Assembly: GCA_023380635.1 (NCBI GenBank)
Contig: JAMCRP010000001.1
Location: 341,200 to 405,199 of the forward strand
DNA: 64,000 nucleotides
DNA from: Patescibacteria group bacterium
GTDB taxonomy: Bacteria > Patescibacteriota > Microgenomatia > JAMCZE01
Reading direction: 5' to 3'
The notes beneath the pieces are model-generated. The model was not told the DNA's origin, made no database searches, and saw nothing but the letters and a program-made list of their open reading frames with translations. This document shows, piece after piece, positions 59,320 through 64,000 of this stretch. Every line of letters begins with the position of its first letter. Position 1 is the stretch's first letter. The position numbers were made by a program, and so were the translations under genes.

Positions 59320-60020
59320 ATCTGTATTAATTTAGCCCGGATAATGCCCCGTTTCCAGATTGTTCCCGGGGGAACGCAGGTGATTAAAGTGACATAAGAG
59401 GTATCGAATTTTTGCTCCAGAACGGAAATATCGTCCGGATCGACCACTTTTTTGTCAAAAACCTGATAATGGTAACGGACTCCGTCGGAATTAATATAAA
59501 TATCGTCACCTTCGTTTAAATCCATGAGAAAAGTAAAAATCCCGGAATAATTTGTCGGGCTGGCAAACTGGGGCAGCTCCGAATGGCCGAAAATAATGTT
59601 ATTCCCCCACTGCCCCGGCCCCGGTGAAGTCGGCCAGGCAACCAGAGATTTTTTTAGGTCTCCGCCAACTACAACATTAGCACCGTTTATTTTCAATTTC
59701 GGGATAGTGAGGGTATAGGCTTTCGCCACCGCTGACTGTGCCGCTAATACTTGACCTGAATTGGCAAACCAGGTAGAAGGATCATAAGATTGGTCCTCCT
59801 GCGCCCGGACTAACGGCCCAAAGGTCGAAGCCAACGGAGAAACTATTTTTGTACTTACCGACGGCATGACAAAGAAATACCACCCGACCACCGGCCAGGC
59901 TGCCTGAAAAATTAAAAAAATCCCTAAAACCAATAACAGGAGTGAGAAAATTCCGGCGGTTTTCGGATGCCGACGGGGAGGCTTAATTACCCGGGCCGGT
60001 CCTTTTACATAAGTGTCCAT
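59316..60020 (-). CDS. Sortase-family transpeptidase
   Basis: N-terminal TM, LTIPKL, GN.IIFGHS, TLITC, downstream Arg (His-Cys-Arg triad). Confidence 0.92.
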   Translation of the reverse strand: MDTYVKGPARVIKPPRRHPKTAGIFSLLLLVLGIFLIFQAAWPVVGWYFFVMPSVSTKIVSPLASTFGPLVRAQEDQSYDPSTWFANSGQVLAAQSAVAKAYTLTIPKLKINGANVVVGGDLKKSLVAWPTSPGPGQWGNNIIFGHSELPQFASPTNYSGIFTFLMDLNEGDDIYINSDGVRYHYQVFDKKVVDPDDISVLEQKFDTSYVTLITCVPPGTIWKRGIIRAKLIQI

Positions 60021-62281
60021 TAATCAGTTACCGTTTCCAATTTTAAGTTTTGAGCACGCCAGGGGAGGAAGTAATTAATAATACTTTGGAAAACCCGAGG
60101 CTTTGCTTCGATATCAACACTGTCAACCCCTGTCTGGGCCGTCAAAATTTCCGTCGCTTTAGTCGGGTTCTTCCCGACAATCTCCCGACTTAGTTGATCC
60201 AAATCCACCTGAGGCAGCATTGAAGCCGCCAGTTGAACATCCAAAACGGCGTTTCCTGATTTATCCAGCTTCGTCGATTTAATCTCGGGTTTAGCCGTAT
60301 CTTTGGCCAAATAGTAACCAGAGGGGACATCGCTGCCAAATTTTTCCAGGAATTTATCGGTCAAATCATCCCGGGAAACAGTTACCCCTTTAAAATTAAT
60401 TGTCAGATCGAGGCTGACCATATCGGCTTCAGCATCAACATCTTTAGAATAGCGTTTTTGAGTAATTTGCGAAGTTATGGCGTTAGGTAAAAGAGTCTGA
60501 CCGCTGTCCAGCTTGGTATTAAGATCGGCGGCAGCTTTTTGCTGCAGTTCCGCCGAAAGCGTCGCCAGCAGTCGATCCTGGTCGGCTTTTGTTACTACCG
60601 TCGCTTCGTGACTGTTACCTCCGGTTAAAGCCGCGTCATTTTTAGCCTGATAGGAACTGCTGGAAAAACTGCCAATGGTAAACAGAGTTCCGGCCGGCAG
60701 GTTATACTTATCCCCGATATCGGCCCCGGTAATCGCGGCGGTCGCAGTCACCTGAGAAGCTGCCCCCGAACCGGACGCCACGGATACATCACTGTTTAAA
60801 GTGAATTTTAATCCTTGCGGCGAGGTTAAAACGGTACCCGCCGAAAAGTTTTTGCTATCAGCCGTGCTATAAATTGTCACGCTGCCGTGCGCCTTGTCCC
60901 CGACCAGTTTGTTTCCCGTGGCCACGCTTTTCTTGGTTCCCATTTCTGACACGCTGACCATTTGTCCCGAAATTGTCGCTTCCATTTCCCGGTCAAAAGT
61001 TTCCGGTTTCAGATGAATAATTACCTTAGCCTGAGGCACCAGGTAGATTATTAATCCCCCGGCCACAAGAATCACCGCCAAGACCGCGGCCGCCAGAAAC
61101 ACCGGAACCGGCGGTTTTTTGGAAGAAAATGCCGGCGCGTTCACATTTACCATCTTTTTGTTTGGTTTCAGATTTTTAACCTGGGCCAAAATTTTTTCGA
61201 TCATAGGATTAAGACTGCCAAAAATTTTTTTAAAATTAACCTTAGGCATCATCTTGGGCGCTTCAGCCTTAAACGGCATCGCCGGAACCGCCCTTTCCTC
61301 ATGGGTCATCTCCTGTAATTTCCCGAAGTCTCCGTCGGTCACAAAACCGGCTTCTTCGGCAGTTACTTCTTCCAGCTCCGGTTCTATCCCTTCTTCCATT
61401 TCTTCAATTGCCTTTGCCTCCCGGACCTTTTCTTCTTCATTCTCTGCGTTATTTTTTCTTTCTTCTATCTTCTTTTCCGGCTCCCCTTCTTCCGCCGGGG
61501 CGCCCATCACATCAATTCTTCCTCCCATCTGTGTTCCTCCGGCAATGGCAATCGCTTTGACAATGAGGTCCCCGGACAAAACTTCTACCCGCGGGAAATG
61601 CAAAAAAGGTAAACTTTTTGTCCAGGGATGAGCCATGATTTTTTCTTCCAGAGTCTTAAGATCCCGGCGCCCATCATAAAGAATAATTCTGGCCGGAAGC
61701 ACCTCTACCTGGGTAAACCGGCGCAAGGCCACTTCGATTCCGGCAGCCAGATTATTTACTCCGTCCGCGCTTTCCGGAATCGGAATCGTTCCCAAATTTT
61801 TGCCGGCTCTAAAAAGCGTGACCCAGCCGTTATCTCCGTCCAGACCAACTAAAACCGCGGTTAACGGTGCTCCTTCCGTTTCTTTCAGATAGTTTTCCAA
61901 AGCTTCAAAAAGCTGGACATAACCCAGGGGTCGCAAATCAAGTTCCTTACAAAGTTTGCGTAAAAGCTGCAGTTTCTCAGTGATAATTTTTCCCTCATTA
62001 ATCCAATCCGGGCTAACCCCAAAAATAGTTTTGGCTGCCGGTAATTGCCTTTCTCCTAAAGCCGTCGAAACTGCCGCATCTGCTGCCGCAAGCAGTCCTT
62101 CATAACTTTGACTGTCAATCTTCTCGCCGCCGGTATTTTCCACCACCACCCGACCTTCCGAAACAGCCCAAACCGTGGCCAGAACCTCCGTCGAAGAAAT
62201 TTTTACTGCCAGATACTGCTCTGCCGACTCTGACCGGGCAGATTTCCCTCCCACGCGAGAAAGAACGGAACTTAAATCCAT
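60020..62281 (-). CDS. Large single-TM protein with baseplate J/gp47-like C-terminal region and possible FtsA/PilM-like N-terminal region
   Basis: Globular N-domain, acidic linker, TM (VFLAAAVLAVILVAGGLIIYLVP), KAHGSVTIY..FSAGTVL..GLKF.L..DV, GDKYNLPAG, LTGG. Confidence 0.7.
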   Translation of the reverse strand: MDLSSVLSRVGGKSARSESAEQYLAVKISSTEVLATVWAVSEGRVVVENTGGEKIDSQSYEGLLAAADAAVSTALGERQLPAAKTIFGVSPDWINEGKIITEKLQLLRKLCKELDLRPLGYVQLFEALENYLKETEGAPLTAVLVGLDGDNGWVTLFRAGKNLGTIPIPESADGVNNLAAGIEVALRRFTQVEVLPARIILYDGRRDLKTLEEKIMAHPWTKSLPFLHFPRVEVLSGDLIVKAIAIAGGTQMGGRIDVMGAPAEEGEPEKKIEERKNNAENEEEKVREAKAIEEMEEGIEPELEEVTAEEAGFVTDGDFGKLQEMTHEERAVPAMPFKAEAPKMMPKVNFKKIFGSLNPMIEKILAQVKNLKPNKKMVNVNAPAFSSKKPPVPVFLAAAVLAVILVAGGLIIYLVPQAKVIIHLKPETFDREMEATISGQMVSVSEMGTKKSVATGNKLVGDKAHGSVTIYSTADSKNFSAGTVLTSPQGLKFTLNSDVSVASGSGAASQVTATAAITGADIGDKYNLPAGTLFTIGSFSSSSYQAKNDAALTGGNSHEATVVTKADQDRLLATLSAELQQKAAADLNTKLDSGQTLLPNAITSQITQKRYSKDVDAEADMVSLDLTINFKGVTVSRDDLTDKFLEKFGSDVPSGYYLAKDTAKPEIKSTKLDKSGNAVLDVQLAASMLPQVDLDQLSREIVGKNPTKATEILTAQTGVDSVDIEAKPRVFQSIINYFLPWRAQNLKLETVTD

Positions 62282-62318
62282 TAACTCAGACTAGCACAAA
62301 TGGTACAATTCTTCAAAG

Positions 62319-63176
62319 ATGAAACACATTACCCAATCTGACGCCTGGGCCAGATTTCGGCTGAGCACTCCGAATGTCAAAAAAGTTCTGGAAATTGCCG
62401 GAACCAAAGTCTATTTCCACCGAATCCCCCATCTGCCTTTTACCGTGGCCTATATTCCCCGGGCTGATGTTAAAGTTGACGACCATCTGAAAAACCTTTG
62501 TCGCAAAGAAGGAGCTATCTATTTAAAAGTCGAACCTCTGACCGGCCCCGGCGGCGACGGCAAACCGATCCTGCCCCAACATACTATTTATATTGACCTG
62601 ACAAAATCCGAAGAAGACCTCCTAAAGAATATGCATGAGAAAACCCGCTATAACATCCGTCTGGCCGCAAAAAAAGGCGTGGTCGTAAAACAAAGTGACG
62701 ATCTTGAAACTTTCATGAAAATTTTGGAGAAAACGGAAGCCCGCCAGGGTTTTTACTCTCATTATCCCGACTACTACCGCAAGCTTTGGCAAATCATTAA
62801 ACCAATCATATTAATAGCTTATGTCGAAGATAAACCAGTGGCCGCCATCATGCTTTTTCATTATGACGAAGTTTTGTATTACCCCTATGGCGGCTCTGAT
62901 CCGAAATACCGGGAATACATGGCTCCCAATCTTCTTCATTGGGAAGCTATTAAACTGGGAAAAAAACTGGGCTGTAAAATTTACGATTTATGGGGAAGCT
63001 ATAAAAATTCCAAAGACGAATCCGATCCCTGGTGGGGCATTTACCGCTTTAAATCCGGTTTCGGCGGCTATGAAGTGAATTTCCCTCAGGCCATTGATAT
63101 CCCCTTATCTCCCTTATATCCCCTATATCCTTTAGTCGATAATTTTCGTTGGAAAATTCTGAAGATTCTTCGATGA
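62319..63176 (+). CDS. FemABX-family peptidoglycan aminoacyltransferase
   Basis: H..QS..W..F, YIPR, IDLTKSEEDLL..M..KTRYNIR.A.KKGV, YPYGGS, YDLWG, GIYRFKSGFGG. Confidence 0.93.
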   Translation: MKHITQSDAWARFRLSTPNVKKVLEIAGTKVYFHRIPHLPFTVAYIPRADVKVDDHLKNLCRKEGAIYLKVEPLTGPGGDGKPILPQHTIYIDLTKSEEDLLKNMHEKTRYNIRLAAKKGVVVKQSDDLETFMKILEKTEARQGFYSHYPDYYRKLWQIIKPIILIAYVEDKPVAAIMLFHYDEVLYYPYGGSDPKYREYMAPNLLHWEAIKLGKKLGCKIYDLWGSYKNSKDESDPWWGIYRFKSGFGGYEVNFPQAIDIPLSPLYPLYPLVDNFRWKILKILR

Positions 63177-63985
63177 GCGCTCTTCGCCAATCAAAAAATT
63201 ATGCCAAATATATGGAGTCTTTGGGCTGGACTGTCGACCACGGCGCTTTTATTAAAAAACTGTGGTTTACATCAATCGTCAAAATTCAGCACCCTGACAA
63301 AATTGATTTGACACCTCTCAAAAAATACCACCCCTTTTTAATAAAAGTCGAACCCAACTTAAGTGACTTAAGTCACTTAAGTTCCTTAAGAAACTTAGGT
63401 TTCAAGCGTGACAACTGGCCGCTCATTCCTTCAAAAACTTTGGTCTTAAACCTTAACAAAATAAACCTTTCGAAGGATGTTCGTTACGAAATCCGCAAAG
63501 CCGAAAAAGCCGGACTAAAAGTTGAAGAATCAAAAGACCCGCAGCTGTTTTACAAAATTCTTCAGGAAACCATGAAGATTGGTAAATGGTCTGTCCCGAT
63601 TAAAAAAGAGGTTATCAATCTCTGGAAAAGTTTTCAGCCAAACAACTCTGTCCTATTAATTGCCCGTAACGTTATTAATAACGTTACTAATAACGTTCCT
63701 GCTGCTGGTTGTCTTTTGGTTTGGAATGGCGACACGGCCCACTACATGTACGCCGCCAATACTGCCGAAGGCCGCAAATGCGGCGCTGCTTATCTCACTC
63801 TTTGGGAAGCCATTAAATTTTGTCAAAAGAAAAAACTAAAGTATTTGGATTTGGAAGGCATTTATGACGAACGCTATCCATCATCGACCAAAAACTGGCA
63901 AGGTTTCACGGCATTTAAAAAACAATGGGGCGGAAAAGTTGTCGAATATCCCGGAAGCTATTCGAAGTATCGTCTACCCACATAA
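63173..63985 (+). CDS. Second FemABX-family (GNAT-fold) aminoacyltransferase
   Basis: LRQS..Y, RYEIRKAEK, HYMYAA, LWEAI, LDLEG, GFTAFKKQWGG; ATGA overlap with the previous gene. Confidence 0.88.
   Translation: MSALRQSKNYAKYMESLGWTVDHGAFIKKLWFTSIVKIQHPDKIDLTPLKKYHPFLIKVEPNLSDLSHLSSLRNLGFKRDNWPLIPSKTLVLNLNKINLSKDVRYEIRKAEKAGLKVEESKDPQLFYKILQETMKIGKWSVPIKKEVINLWKSFQPNNSVLLIARNVINNVTNNVPAAGCLLVWNGDTAHYMYAANTAEGRKCGAAYLTLWEAIKFCQKKKLKYLDLEGIYDERYPSSTKNWQGFTAFKKQWGGKVVEYPGSYSKYRLPT
63357..63399. repeat. In-frame 9-nt tandem repeat with CTTAAG core
   Basis: acttaagtg acttaagtc acttaagtt ccttaagaa acttagg, encoding NLSDLSHLSSLRNL. Confidence 0.75.
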
Positions 63986-64000
63986 CATTTTAAACTCGCA

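Noticed and set aside
60020-62281. Possible prophage or contractile injection system suggested by the baseplate-J-like region
   Set aside because: No capsid, tail, sheath, terminase or integrase genes; the protein is membrane-anchored among housekeeping genes

Overview
Core-genome window of a small-genome bacterium, most consistent with Patescibacteria/CPR (Microgenomates-like): rpmD/uL30 is absent from the spc block, IF2 and AlaRS are short, several r-proteins are shortened, host genes largely lack Shine-Dalgarno motifs, and code 11 is used. It holds a heat-shock cluster (groEL-groES divergent from a VanY-like peptidase and hrcA-grpE-dnaK-dnaJ, with two CIRCE operators). Next come nusA-infB-DHH-rpsO-pnp, a protease-less Lon-type ATPase, a cysteine-free family-4 UDG, RNase J, FtsK, AlaRS, envelope genes, rny-recX-tlyA-recA and tRNA-Pro(GGG). 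The rest is the rpoBC-str-S10-spc-alpha superoperon and mltG-yqgF-sortase-baseplate-J-like-femABX genes. No CRISPR, rRNA, transposase or integrase was seen. The best novelty candidate is a ~1.5 kb insertion between fusA and tuf. It carries a third CIRCE-like operator/promoter and a ~220-nt strand-specific structured RNA whose 5' and 3' ends pair and whose strong SD is sequestered. That RNA encodes a 30-aa hydrophobic peptide and faces a convergent 45-aa ORF, an architecture resembling a type I toxin-antitoxin module that may be HrcA-controlled. Other notable signals are recurrent leaderless-type promoters, hairpin/U-tract leaders before transcription/translation genes, several small ORFs missed by the ORF track, REP-like in-frame insertions, and substitutions in the RNA polymerase rifamycin pocket and trigger loop. 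All calls come from reading the sequence by eye; no searches or folding programs were run.
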